DNA of 64,000 nt. Source: Coprococcus sp. Its GTDB lineage: Bacteria; Bacillota; Clostridia; Lachnospirales; Lachnospiraceae. The position numbers were made by a program, and so were the translations under genes. The stretch is taken from the NCBI GenBank assembly GCA_016296785.1, contig JAEDHX010000003.1:1681-65680 (forward strand). The letters run 5' to 3'. The notes below the pieces were generated by a model that worked only from the letters and a program-made list of their open reading frames with translations, searched no databases and was not told the origin of the DNA. Within the stretch, counting starts at the first letter, position 1. Every line of letters begins with the position of its first letter. Of the stretch, positions 1 through 9,414 are shown piece by piece.

Positions 1-645
1 TATATGCCTGACACGTCTCTTAAGATATTGAGTCAGCTTAATACAACTAAGAGAAAGGTTACTGAACTTGGTACATTTGGCTTGTACCCTTCGGGTAATA
101 AGGTAACTGAAAAGCCTGATATCTTATTTGCAAGACTTGATCTTGATGAGATTATGGCTGAGGTTGCTAAGTTTGCTCCTGCTGAGGAGGAGACTATATA
201 TGAGAAGGCTAAGAAGCAGAAGGAGGAAAGTGCTAACTCAGAGGAAAGCAAGAAGGTTAAGCTTGCTGAGGCTAAGGTTGAAGCACTAAAGAGTGATCCA
301 TCTGTTCTTGATAAGACGGAGATTTCAATTGAAGATTTCCAAAAGATGCAGCTTATGATTGGAGAGATTATCGAATGTAATGAGGTTGCAAATTCAAGAA
401 AGCTTCTTTGCTCAAAGGTTAAATTTGCTGAGAACAATGTAAAACAGATTGTTTCAGGAATTAAGGGAATATACCAGGCAGATGAAATGGTTGGTAAGAA
501 GGTTGTAGCAATTGTGAACCTTAAACCATGTAAGCTTGCCGGAGTAATATCGGAAGGTATGCTCCTTTGTGCTGAGAGCCCTGAGGGTGATTTATCACTT
601 CTTACAACTGAGAAGGATTTTCCTGGAGGATGCTTTATCAGCTAG
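1..645 (+). CDS. metG: methionyl-tRNA synthetase, C-terminal part (5'-truncated by window)
   Basis: 'LFARLD' end of the anticodon domain, a charged linker, then a tRNA-binding OB domain (KQIVSGI, IVNLKPCKLAGVISEGMLLCA); frame open from base 1. Confidence 0.9.
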   Translation, partial: YMPDTSLKILSQLNTTKRKVTELGTFGLYPSGNKVTEKPDILFARLDLDEIMAEVAKFAPAEEETIYEKAKKQKEESANSEESKKVKLAEAKVEALKSDPSVLDKTEISIEDFQKMQLMIGEIIECNEVANSRKLLCSKVKFAENNVKQIVSGIKGIYQADEMVGKKVVAIVNLKPCKLAGVISEGMLLCAESPEGDLSLLTTEKDFPGGCFIS

Positions 646-672
646 TTAGATGAGTATATTAACACTATCAAT

Positions 673-703
673 GCCCCGGCGGGATTTGATATTCTACCGG
701 GGT
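673..703 (+). terminator. hairpin after metG, possible terminator
   Basis: GCCCCGGCGGGA..TCTACCGGGGT stem directly after the stop; no clear U-tract. Confidence 0.45.
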
Positions 704-724
704 AAATGAGCGCTTATATACTCG

Positions 725-753
725 TTGCTTTGTTTACAAAGATATGATAATAT
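725..753 (+). promoter_or_regulatory. putative sigma-A promoter for glmS
   Basis: TTGCTT-17 bp-TAATAT with extended -10 TG. Confidence 0.45.
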
Positions 754-802
754 TGTGTTGATTGGCTAATGGAGGAGCCGATTTTTGAAAGATTTAGAAA
801 TC

Positions 803-978
803 TTAGCGCCATGAACCCTGGATAAAATGTGAGATTATTATACATAGAAAGACATATGATATTTGCAGGGATAACGAGGATAGAGGTTATCGAATATTCG
901 GCGGATGCCTCTACGTGTTTTCTCGGATGCGCACATGTGATTTAAATATGAGGGTAACTTCAAAACAAAGATCCATGA
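803..978 (+). ncRNA. glmS ribozyme (GlcN6P-activated self-cleaving riboswitch)
   Basis: AGCGCC cleavage-site motif at 805-810, P1 stem CCCTG/CAGGG, core ACGAGGATAGAGGTTATCGAATATTCGGCGGATGCCTCT, located upstream of glmS; 3' boundary approximate. Confidence 0.93.
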
Positions 979-1068
979 CCGAGAGCTTGTGTAACCGATT
1001 CTGCATTTGCAGACGGTATTGAAAAACACCGGAAGAATTACCGGTTATAGCCGAAAGGAGATTTTTTT

Positions 1069-2886
1069 ATGTGTGGTATTATTGGATTTACAGGTAAGCA
1101 GCCTGCAAAGGATATTCTTATTGATGGACTTGCAAAGCTTGAGTATAGAGGATATGACAGTGCGGGAATTGCTCTTCTAAATGATGATGATACATTAACT
1201 ATTAGAAAGAAAGCCGGAAGAGTAGATGATTTGCGTCAGCTTTGTAGCGATAAGGAATATACATCTACCTGCGGTATAGGACATACAAGATGGGCAACCC
1301 ATGGTGGAGTTACAGATGTTAATGCACACCCACATAAATGTGGTAATGTTGCGCTTATTCACAATGGAATTATTGAGAATTATAGTGAGATAGTTAGAGA
1401 ATTCAGCCTTCAGGATAAGCTTGTATCAGAGACTGATACAGAGGTTGTTGCAGCACTTCTTGACACTCTTTATGACGGGGATCCTATTTATACAATTAGA
1501 AAGGCTGTTAAGAAGATTGCAGGTTCATTTGCATTATGTATTATGTTTGCAGACAAGCCGGGCGTGATATATGCAGTAAGAAATGTCAGCCCAATGGTTG
1601 CAGCATATAGCGATGAGGGCGCAATAATTGCATCAGATTTAACTGCGGTTATTTCATTTACAAAGGAATATTTTGTTGTTCCTGAGTACCATATCCTAAC
1701 ACTTTCAAAGGATGGAATTAAGGTTGAGGATATGAAGGGTGAAGTGGTAGAACCACAGATGCTTGAGATTACCTGGGATATTACAGCAGCTCAGAAGGGC
1801 GGCTATCCGCACTTTATGTTAAAGGAGATATACGAGCAGCCGGAGGCTCTTCGTAATACTATAACACCTCGTATTGTTAATTCCCTTCCTGATTTTACTG
1901 AGGATGGAATTGATGATGAGGTATTTAAGAACTGTGAGAATATAACAGTTGTTGCATGTGGTACAGCAATGCATGCGGGAATGATTGGTAAGGCCATGAT
2001 AGAATCAGAACTCAAGATTCCTGTAAATGTTGAGATTGCTTCTGAATTCAGATACAAGGAACCTCTTATCAACGAGAAAACACTTGTTATTGTAACTTCA
2101 CAGTCAGGTGAGACAATTGATACACTTGAGGCTCTTCGCCTTGCGAAGAAATGCGGTTCAAAGGTACTTTCAATTGTCAATGTTAAAGGCTCAACTATTG
2201 CAAGAGAAAGTGATTACGTATTCTATACTCATGCTGGCCCGGAGATTGCAGTTGCAAGTACCAAGGCATATTCTGTTCAGATGGCAGCTATGTATCTGAT
2301 TGGTTGCAGACTGGGATATGTTAAGGGTATATATAGTGAAGAAAAGGCAAAGGAATTTGTCAAGCAGCTTCTGGGTGTTATTCCTGTTATTGAGGAGACA
2401 CTTGAACAGGCTAATAAGGTTAAGGCCGTTGCTAACTTTATCAAGATGGCACCTGATGCTTTCTTTATTGGAAGAGGAATTGATTATACCCTTTCTTTAG
2501 AGGCGGCACTTAAGCTTAAAGAGATTTCTTATGTTCATGCAGAGGCATATGCAGCAGGAGAGCTTAAGCATGGTACTATTGCTCTTATTACAGAGAATGT
2601 TCCTGTAATAGCACTTGCTACTCAGGAAGCAGTATATGGTAAGATTATCTCTAACATAAGAGAGGTAAAGGCAAGAGGTGCATATGTAATTCTTATTAGT
2701 ATGGATGAGAAGGTTGATGATGCAGATATATGTAATAAGCATATTCGCATACCAAAGCAGGATGGCTTATTTACAGTATTTTCAGCAGCTGTTATTCTTC
2801 AGCTGATTGCATATTATACATCAGACGCGAAAGGACTTGATGTTGATAAGCCACGTAATCTGGCAAAATCAGTTACAGTAGAATAA
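1069..2886 (+). CDS. glmS: glutamine--fructose-6-phosphate aminotransferase
   Basis: MCGIIG N-terminus, GHTRWATHG, SQSGET, C-terminal PRNLAKSVTVE. Confidence 0.98.
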   Translation: MCGIIGFTGKQPAKDILIDGLAKLEYRGYDSAGIALLNDDDTLTIRKKAGRVDDLRQLCSDKEYTSTCGIGHTRWATHGGVTDVNAHPHKCGNVALIHNGIIENYSEIVREFSLQDKLVSETDTEVVAALLDTLYDGDPIYTIRKAVKKIAGSFALCIMFADKPGVIYAVRNVSPMVAAYSDEGAIIASDLTAVISFTKEYFVVPEYHILTLSKDGIKVEDMKGEVVEPQMLEITWDITAAQKGGYPHFMLKEIYEQPEALRNTITPRIVNSLPDFTEDGIDDEVFKNCENITVVACGTAMHAGMIGKAMIESELKIPVNVEIASEFRYKEPLINEKTLVIVTSQSGETIDTLEALRLAKKCGSKVLSIVNVKGSTIARESDYVFYTHAGPEIAVASTKAYSVQMAAMYLIGCRLGYVKGIYSEEKAKEFVKQLLGVIPVIEETLEQANKVKAVANFIKMAPDAFFIGRGIDYTLSLEAALKLKEISYVHAEAYAAGELKHGTIALITENVPVIALATQEAVYGKIISNIREVKARGAYVILISMDEKVDDADICNKHIRIPKQDGLFTVFSAAVILQLIAYYTSDAKGLDVDKPRNLAKSVTVE

Positions 2887-2921
2887 AACTGCAATAGAAA
2901 TTTGTTACGGAGGGCGTTTTT

Positions 2922-3983
2922 ATGAGTTCAGATAAAGCATATTTATGCGATGAATACAAAATGTATTTCAAGGTTGAAGATGGGGTACGAGTATTACATA
3001 GTGAGGAAGAGCTATATAATTCTCCATTTGTTGGAAACAACTGTTTTTGTCATGAAGAATATATTGATGGTAAGAAAGCACTTGCTTATTCAATTCCGGC
3101 AATGGTTACCATGGAACAGTTTATTACCAAGAAGATTCATAAAGACGAGTTACTTGACATTTTGTTCAGCATAACTGATCAGCTTATGTACCTTAAGGCA
3201 AATGAATTGTCTATTGGTAAGGTTATTCTTAACACAGGATATATGTATCTTGATCTTAAGAATATGGCTGTGCAGCTTATTTTCCTTCCACTTGATAAGC
3301 CGATGGACAAGTGCAATATGGAGAAATTTGTAAGGGATTTAGTTAACCGTCTTACATTTGCCGATAAAAAGGCTTCGGATTGTGGATATGAGTTAATAAA
3401 ATATTTTGATCACAACAAGGTATTCTACCTTTCGGAGTTCTATAAGTTTATCATTGATTTCAGAAATGAAAGCGAGGTAGAGTCTGATGCTGAAACTACA
3501 GTGTCTGCACAGGAGGCTGCGGTAGCTGATAGTGAGGCGGCACCTACTACTCCAACTGTATCATCTGCATCCTTTAAGCTTGCCAAGGAGAAGAAGGATT
3601 ATTCTTCAATGGATATTGGCTTCAATATTGATGACAGTGCAAAGGATAGCTCAACGATGGTTCTGACAGGAACACTTAAGTCAAAGATGGGACCGTTCAT
3701 TATCAGAACAAGAACAGGTGAAAGAATCCGTATTGATAAACCGATATTCTGTATTGGTAAGTCAACACAGGGCGTTGACTATCAGGTTACTGATAATAAC
3801 TCAGTCAGCCGCCGCCATGCTTACATTATTAATGTTAATGGTGTTTATTATCTGCGTGATAATAAATCAACCAACCACACATATCTTGGTGGCAAGGTAA
3901 TTAACAGCGGTACTGATATGATGCTTATTTACGGAAGCCATTTCAGACTTGCAAATGAAGAATTTACATTTAAAGAGAGATAA
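2922..3983 (+). CDS. FHA-domain protein with DUF6382-like N-terminal region
   Basis: C-terminal FHA motifs IGK..SVSRRHA..STNHTY; architecture parallels 31070..32503. Confidence 0.75.
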   Translation: MSSDKAYLCDEYKMYFKVEDGVRVLHSEEELYNSPFVGNNCFCHEEYIDGKKALAYSIPAMVTMEQFITKKIHKDELLDILFSITDQLMYLKANELSIGKVILNTGYMYLDLKNMAVQLIFLPLDKPMDKCNMEKFVRDLVNRLTFADKKASDCGYELIKYFDHNKVFYLSEFYKFIIDFRNESEVESDAETTVSAQEAAVADSEAAPTTPTVSSASFKLAKEKKDYSSMDIGFNIDDSAKDSSTMVLTGTLKSKMGPFIIRTRTGERIRIDKPIFCIGKSTQGVDYQVTDNNSVSRRHAYIINVNGVYYLRDNKSTNHTYLGGKVINSGTDMMLIYGSHFRLANEEFTFKER

Positions 3984-4005
3984 AGAATAAACCAAAAGGT
4001 GAATA

Positions 4006-4035
4006 AAAAATCGGAGGATAATTCCTCCGATTTTT
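4006..4035. terminator. bidirectional intrinsic terminator
   Basis: AAAAATCGGAGGA-TAAT-TCCTCCGATTTTT between convergent genes. Confidence 0.85.
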
Positions 4036-4076
4036 AGTTTCTGAGTAATATATGAAAGCTTTTATGATGAGTATAT

Positions 4077-4775
4077 TTATTCTTCATCAACGGCTTCAGT
4101 AGTTGGAAGCACTTCATTTTCCAATGCAATCATGGCAGCATCCAGCTTAGCGAGATCATTTGTATCTATATAATAGTATTCGCCGTCATCTATCATCTTT
4201 ACCGACACTGTAACAGGATCTGCATATTGAATATTTGATGACTTTGATTTTAATATGTCAGCGATACCATTTGCAAATACCTCTTCGTAGTCCTCTTTTG
4301 TATAGTTGTTATACGAGCCGGCGCTTACACTCTTGTTGAAGGAGTCAATATAAGCAAAAACATCATCATAGGCCTGGTTCAATATATCGATTGGATATAT
4401 CTTAACATCAACATAGTAATCTGATCCGAGCTTATAGGCTTCAGATATTTCGTATTTTGAGTAGCTGTATATTTCCTCTGCCAAATCCTGATAAGTGGAA
4501 TTGATGCTGACAGACTTAGCATTGTCAAGAGAGTAGTGGGATATGAGCTGGTCTGCAAGATATGCGATGCAGTCACCATGCATTCTGACAGCATCAGTCT
4601 GGTTGCCATTGCTTTCCTTAATGTATTTATCAAATGAGCCCTTGTAATTCACATCAAGTAAATTCTGAATATATGTCTGATATGCTGTTTTCTTCTTGTG
4701 AGCACAGCCTGACAGGGCTGCAAGTGAAAATAATAATGATAATATAAGTATAAAAACGCGTAAATTTTTCTTCAT
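4077..4775 (-). CDS. putative lipoprotein
   Basis: ATG at 4775 with SD AAAGGG; MKK plus hydrophobic stretch plus lipobox LSGC. Confidence 0.75.
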   Translation of the reverse strand: MKKNLRVFILILSLLFSLAALSGCAHKKKTAYQTYIQNLLDVNYKGSFDKYIKESNGNQTDAVRMHGDCIAYLADQLISHYSLDNAKSVSINSTYQDLAEEIYSYSKYEISEAYKLGSDYYVDVKIYPIDILNQAYDDVFAYIDSFNKSVSAGSYNNYTKEDYEEVFANGIADILKSKSSNIQYADPVTVSVKMIDDGEYYYIDTNDLAKLDAAMIALENEVLPTTEAVDEE

Positions 4776-4930
4776 GTACGATACCCTTTCCAAAACCACA
4801 ATTTCCAAATTACAATATAGCACACTTTTCAATCTTTGCAACCAAAAAAGTCAAAAATAACTGTGCAAAATAGCTATTATGTGTTATAATAGGCGAAGTA
4901 TAACGACTATCAATATTTGGAGGGATTATT

Positions 4931-5821
4931 GTGGCAAAGGACAAAACACTTGATTCAGCATTGGACATGAAGACAGATATATTTAAAACAGTTAAGTTTG
5001 GTGGTTATGACAAGAATTCTGTTGATTATTATATCGAGGATATGAAGTCCGAGCATGCTAAGGAAGTTGAAGAGCTTAAGGCTAATGTGAATAAGCTTAG
5101 TGAGGCAGTATTAAGTCTCAAGACTATGCGTGAAGTTAATATGAATGAGTCTAACAAGACTATTGAGAGTCTTAAGGCTGCGAATGCAGAATATGAGAGT
5201 GAGATTGAATCACTCAAGGAGCAACTCAATGCATATAAGCAGAGAGAATTTGAATCAGCAGGCAGATATGAGTCAATTTCAAGAACTCTCTTAGAGGCAA
5301 GAGAAAGTGCTGATCTTCTTATTAATCAGACAAATGAGAAGTGTGCTAAGCATGAGGCTGAGGTAAAAGCAAGCTGTGAAGCTCTTGAACAGGAGACAAT
5401 GGAGAGATGTAACAAGCTCCAGGTTGATACTGATATTAAGTGCCAGCAGATGCTTGACCAGACTGAGGCTACATGTAATAACATGAAGGATCAGGCTTAT
5501 AGCGAGAGTGAGAGAACAAGAACAAAGGCTCATGAATCAGCAGAAGCACTTAGTGCTAAGACTGAGTATGAATGCAGAACAATGAAGGAAGAGGCTGTTA
5601 AGGAAGCTGAGAATATTGTTAATACAGCTTCAGATGAGGCTTACAGACTTAGAATGAATGTTAAGAGAGAGTGCGAGAGCGTTAGCGAATATATGACAGA
5701 GCTTCTTTCTGCTCTTGACGGCGTTGTATTAGCTTGTTCAGTAACTAAGGATGTTGCAGATAAGGCATTTACGGGACTTAAGAGTGATGCAACTGATGCA
5801 GCAGCACAGAGCGCTGAATAA
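4931..5821 (+). CDS. DivIVA-like N-terminal motif coiled-coil protein
   Basis: FKTVKFGGYDKNSVDYYIE resembles the DivIVA head; the rest is a long coiled coil. Confidence 0.65.
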   Translation: MAKDKTLDSALDMKTDIFKTVKFGGYDKNSVDYYIEDMKSEHAKEVEELKANVNKLSEAVLSLKTMREVNMNESNKTIESLKAANAEYESEIESLKEQLNAYKQREFESAGRYESISRTLLEARESADLLINQTNEKCAKHEAEVKASCEALEQETMERCNKLQVDTDIKCQQMLDQTEATCNNMKDQAYSESERTRTKAHESAEALSAKTEYECRTMKEEAVKEAENIVNTASDEAYRLRMNVKRECESVSEYMTELLSALDGVVLACSVTKDVADKAFTGLKSDATDAAAQSAE

Positions 5822-5838
5822 TAGAGATTCTATGACAA

Positions 5839-5881
5839 ATAAAACTTTTCTATGCGATGCATAGGAAAGTTTTATGCTTTT
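5839..5881 (+). terminator. intrinsic terminator
   Basis: ATAAAACTTTTCTATGC-GAT-GCATAGGAAAGTTTTAT followed by GCTTTT. Confidence 0.65.
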
Positions 5882-5901
5882 ATACAAGAAGGGATACGAA
5901 A

Positions 5902-8394
5902 TTGAAGTTTAGTAAATTAAAGAGTTACTCAGATTTTTTGGGAATAATTGAATATCCTGCCATTTTGTTTTGTGAAGATGGAGAGGTCCTTGGAATAAAC
6001 AATCCTGCACTTAAGATACTGGGAAACAAGGTTGACAGTATTTCCATGGTGCCTGATAAGTTTATGCAAAGTGACGACTTTTGGCCTACTCTTGAGAAGA
6101 AGAAATCAATTACCTGGCATAGATTAGGTATTGTTGTTAATTCTAGTGATAAGTATGTAACAAGCGGTTTTGTAAATCAGTTTGAATATGAAGGCAGAAA
6201 GGCATATATGGTCCTTTTTGAGCTTCGTTCAGATGTTTCTATTGGAAGCGTGAGCCTTGAGAGAATCATCAATCATGTTGGATTAATTGCTTTGTATTTA
6301 TTTAGACCGGAAGGAGTTTGGCAGACAAGATACGTTTCAAAGAATATTTCTGACTATGGCTATAATGAGGAGGAATTCTATAAGGGTAATGTCAGACTTT
6401 CAGATATCCTTGTAAAGGGCGATTATGATGTGCTTGTTGGTCAGCTTTATAAGGCTGAGAATTCAAGTAATGACGACTTTGAGATGGATGTCAGATTTAT
6501 TGCAAATGACAAATCAATTAGAAAGGCTAATTTAAAGTGCCATCTTGTTAGGACTGCTGATGGAACAGTTGATGGTATTGAGTTCCTATTTATTAGGGCA
6601 GGTGCTCCCGCTTATGAAGAAGAGCAGAATAATTATATATTATCTGCCATGAATAAGATTAAGAGCTTTGTGCTTGTTCAAAGCTTTGAATATGGCAGAG
6701 CAGAATTAAAATATATTACACCTAATGCAAAAAGTATGGGTATTAATACTGTCGCAGTCAATAATGGTAATAAATTGCTTTCAGATTATATACATCCAAA
6801 GGATAGGGCACGCGTAATAGATAATACACAATCTGCCATAAAGACCGGCAAATCTGATTTTGAAGATGAATTCAGAATAGTAAATGACAGTGGGAATGTT
6901 TTATGGGTTAAGAGACAAAGCAGTGTTACCCGGGCAGATAACAAATCATATACTATTGAAGAGTTTATTTCTGATATTACTGATAAGAAGAAGCTTGAAA
7001 CAAGTGTTGCAAGCGCAAAGAAGGAATTTGAGGATAAGCTTTCATATATTATGAATAGTATTGATGAGAAGGAGTCTGATAAGGAGAAAGCCAATATAGA
7101 TATTGACAAATGGAATGAAATTGTCAAGTCTTATTCGGCACTTAGCGGTTTGTATTCAACTGTTATTTCCATTGATGGCATTCAGCTTACCAGACCTGCA
7201 GGTCCTGATGAGCATATAGGAATATTCTATGATTTGTTCGAGAAACCACAGTACAGGAACATATTTATGGAGCTAAACGAGGTCATCATGAAGAATAATG
7301 TTCCGGTTATGATGGAGATGAATGATGATAAAGAAGGCAGTATGATATGTGGTGCTCCTATTATGATTGGTGATGCTCATGTTGCAACATGGATTGCTTG
7401 TGCATACGATAAGGAGGATGTAGCTAATATGGAGAAAACATATAAGCTGCAATGGAAGCTATGCTCAATTTTCTCTGAGTATGCATATAATTCAAGAGTA
7501 TTATCAAGAGAAGCCATTCGTTCAAAATCTATGGAGATTATTTTGGAATCTAAGGTTCAGCGCCAGAAGATACTTACAGAAGCACTTAATACCATGGATG
7601 ACGACAGTAATGCTACAATTAATTCTGTTATGGCCGAGACAGGTGAGTATCTTGGCGTTGATGTAATGGTTATTTACTCTAAGGATAAGGAAGGCGAATA
7701 CAGATGCAGCTATCTTTGGTCAAAAGGCCAGAATATGTCTGCAGAGGAATATATTGGCGAATGGCAGAAGGGCAAATCTCTTCTTAACAACAAGCGTACG
7801 CCTGGCGTAGAGTATGTCCTTATTGATGATGACCATAAGGATGCAATATTTGCTGAAGAAATGTGTAAGGCAGGAGTTAAGAGCTTTGTTGCATTTTATA
7901 TTGAGATCAATAATCTTGTTAGTGGCATAATGGTTATGGCTAACACTGTTGAACAGAAGAAATGGACTAAGGATGAGCTTGATTTTGCTAATGATATAAG
8001 AAATGTTATTCAGGGAAGACTTGCCCGTATTGAAGGCGATAGTAATATCAGTCAGGTTAACAGACTTTTAATTGATACATACAATTATCTTAAAGTGGGA
8101 ATATTTATTAGAGATGCAGAATCGGGAGAGGTATTATTTTCCAATCAGCCTCTTAATGATATGCTTGGCTATGATTTCACCGGAAAGGATAGCAGAATTT
8201 TAATAGAAGACCTTCGAGACAAATTTAGAGGCGTAGGAGTAATTCAGAAGCCATTCCTAACTGAAAGAAAGGAAGTAAGCTGGAGAAGCTATATTAAGCA
8301 GCTTGACAGGATAATGGATTTGTCAGAGATTAGTATGAAATGGCTTGACGGAAGGAACGCTTCTTTAGTAATATTAAGAGACGTACAAGAATAG
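5902..8394 (+). CDS. multi-sensor protein (PAS x3, PocR-like, GAF, PAS) without recognisable output domain
   Basis: PAS motifs (YIHPKDRARV..EFRIVNDSGNVLWV), PocR-like (SYSALSGLYSTVISIDG), GAF (WTKDELDF); TTG 5902 chosen because ATG 5857 lies inside the terminator hairpin. Confidence 0.7.
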   Translation: MKFSKLKSYSDFLGIIEYPAILFCEDGEVLGINNPALKILGNKVDSISMVPDKFMQSDDFWPTLEKKKSITWHRLGIVVNSSDKYVTSGFVNQFEYEGRKAYMVLFELRSDVSIGSVSLERIINHVGLIALYLFRPEGVWQTRYVSKNISDYGYNEEEFYKGNVRLSDILVKGDYDVLVGQLYKAENSSNDDFEMDVRFIANDKSIRKANLKCHLVRTADGTVDGIEFLFIRAGAPAYEEEQNNYILSAMNKIKSFVLVQSFEYGRAELKYITPNAKSMGINTVAVNNGNKLLSDYIHPKDRARVIDNTQSAIKTGKSDFEDEFRIVNDSGNVLWVKRQSSVTRADNKSYTIEEFISDITDKKKLETSVASAKKEFEDKLSYIMNSIDEKESDKEKANIDIDKWNEIVKSYSALSGLYSTVISIDGIQLTRPAGPDEHIGIFYDLFEKPQYRNIFMELNEVIMKNNVPVMMEMNDDKEGSMICGAPIMIGDAHVATWIACAYDKEDVANMEKTYKLQWKLCSIFSEYAYNSRVLSREAIRSKSMEIILESKVQRQKILTEALNTMDDDSNATINSVMAETGEYLGVDVMVIYSKDKEGEYRCSYLWSKGQNMSAEEYIGEWQKGKSLLNNKRTPGVEYVLIDDDHKDAIFAEEMCKAGVKSFVAFYIEINNLVSGIMVMANTVEQKKWTKDELDFANDIRNVIQGRLARIEGDSNISQVNRLLIDTYNYLKVGIFIRDAESGEVLFSNQPLNDMLGYDFTGKDSRILIEDLRDKFRGVGVIQKPFLTERKEVSWRSYIKQLDRIMDLSEISMKWLDGRNASLVILRDVQE

Positions 8395-8408
8395 AAAGGG
8401 GACTAATA

Positions 8409-9401
8409 ATGGCAAGTGCAGATATTGGAATAGATCTTGGTACAGCCAGCATATTGGTATATGTTAAGGGCAAGGGCGTTGTTCTTAAGGAGCCGTCTGT
8501 TGTCGCTTATGATAGAGATACAAATAAAATAGTAGCTATAGGTGAGGAAGCAAGACTTATGCTTGGCAGAACTCCGGGTAATATTGTTGCTGTAAGACCT
8601 CTAAGACAGGGCGTTATTTCTGATTACACCGTAACAGAGAAAATGCTTAAGTATTTTATCCAGAAGGCAGTTGGAAGAAGCTATTTTGGAAGAAGACCTC
8701 GTATTAGTGTATGTGTTCCATCACAGGTTACAGAGGTTGAGAAGAAGGCTGTTGAGGATGCAACATATACAGCCGGTGCAAGAGAGGTTTCTATTATTGA
8801 GGAGCCTGTTGCAGCTGCTATTGGAGCAGGAATTGATATATACAGACCTTGTGGCAATATGATTGTTGATATTGGTGGTGGTACTGCTGATATTGCTGTT
8901 ATTTCGCTTGGTGGACCTGTTGTAAGTGCTTCAATCAAGGTTGCAGGTGATGATTTTGATGAAGCAATAGTAAGATTTATGCGTAAGAAGCATAATCTTC
9001 TTATTGGAGAAAGAACAGCAGAAGAGATAAAGATTAAGATAGGAACATGCTATAGAAGACCTGAGAATATTACACTTGATATTAGAGGAAGAAATCTTGT
9101 TACAGGACTTCCTAAGACAGTTACGGTTACTTCAGATGAAACCGAAGAGGCACTACGTGAGCCTGCTTCACAGATATGCGAGGCAGTTCATTCGGTTCTT
9201 GAGAGAACTCCGCCTGAGCTTGCAGCAGATATTGCAGACAGAGGAATTGTGCTTACCGGAGGTGGTGCACTTCTTCATGGTCTTGAGGAGCTTCTTGAAG
9301 AGAAGACCGGAATAACAACAATGACAGCTGAGGATCCTCTTAGAGCAGTAGCTATCGGAACTGGCAAATATATCGAATTGTTAAGCTCGAAGAAAGACTA
9401 G
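8409..9401 (+). CDS. mreB: MreB/Mbl actin-like rod-shape protein
   Basis: IGIDLGTA, VDIGGGT, IVLTGGGALL; position before recD2/comF fits an mbl-type paralog. Confidence 0.93.
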   Translation: MASADIGIDLGTASILVYVKGKGVVLKEPSVVAYDRDTNKIVAIGEEARLMLGRTPGNIVAVRPLRQGVISDYTVTEKMLKYFIQKAVGRSYFGRRPRISVCVPSQVTEVEKKAVEDATYTAGAREVSIIEEPVAAAIGAGIDIYRPCGNMIVDIGGGTADIAVISLGGPVVSASIKVAGDDFDEAIVRFMRKKHNLLIGERTAEEIKIKIGTCYRRPENITLDIRGRNLVTGLPKTVTVTSDETEEALREPASQICEAVHSVLERTPPELAADIADRGIVLTGGGALLHGLEELLEEKTGITTMTAEDPLRAVAIGTGKYIELLSSKKD

Positions 9402-9414
9402 GAGATATCATTAA

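Noticed and set aside
860..1050. SAM riboswitch or T-box near metG
   Set aside because: The motifs match the glmS ribozyme core and the element lies downstream of metG and upstream of glmS.
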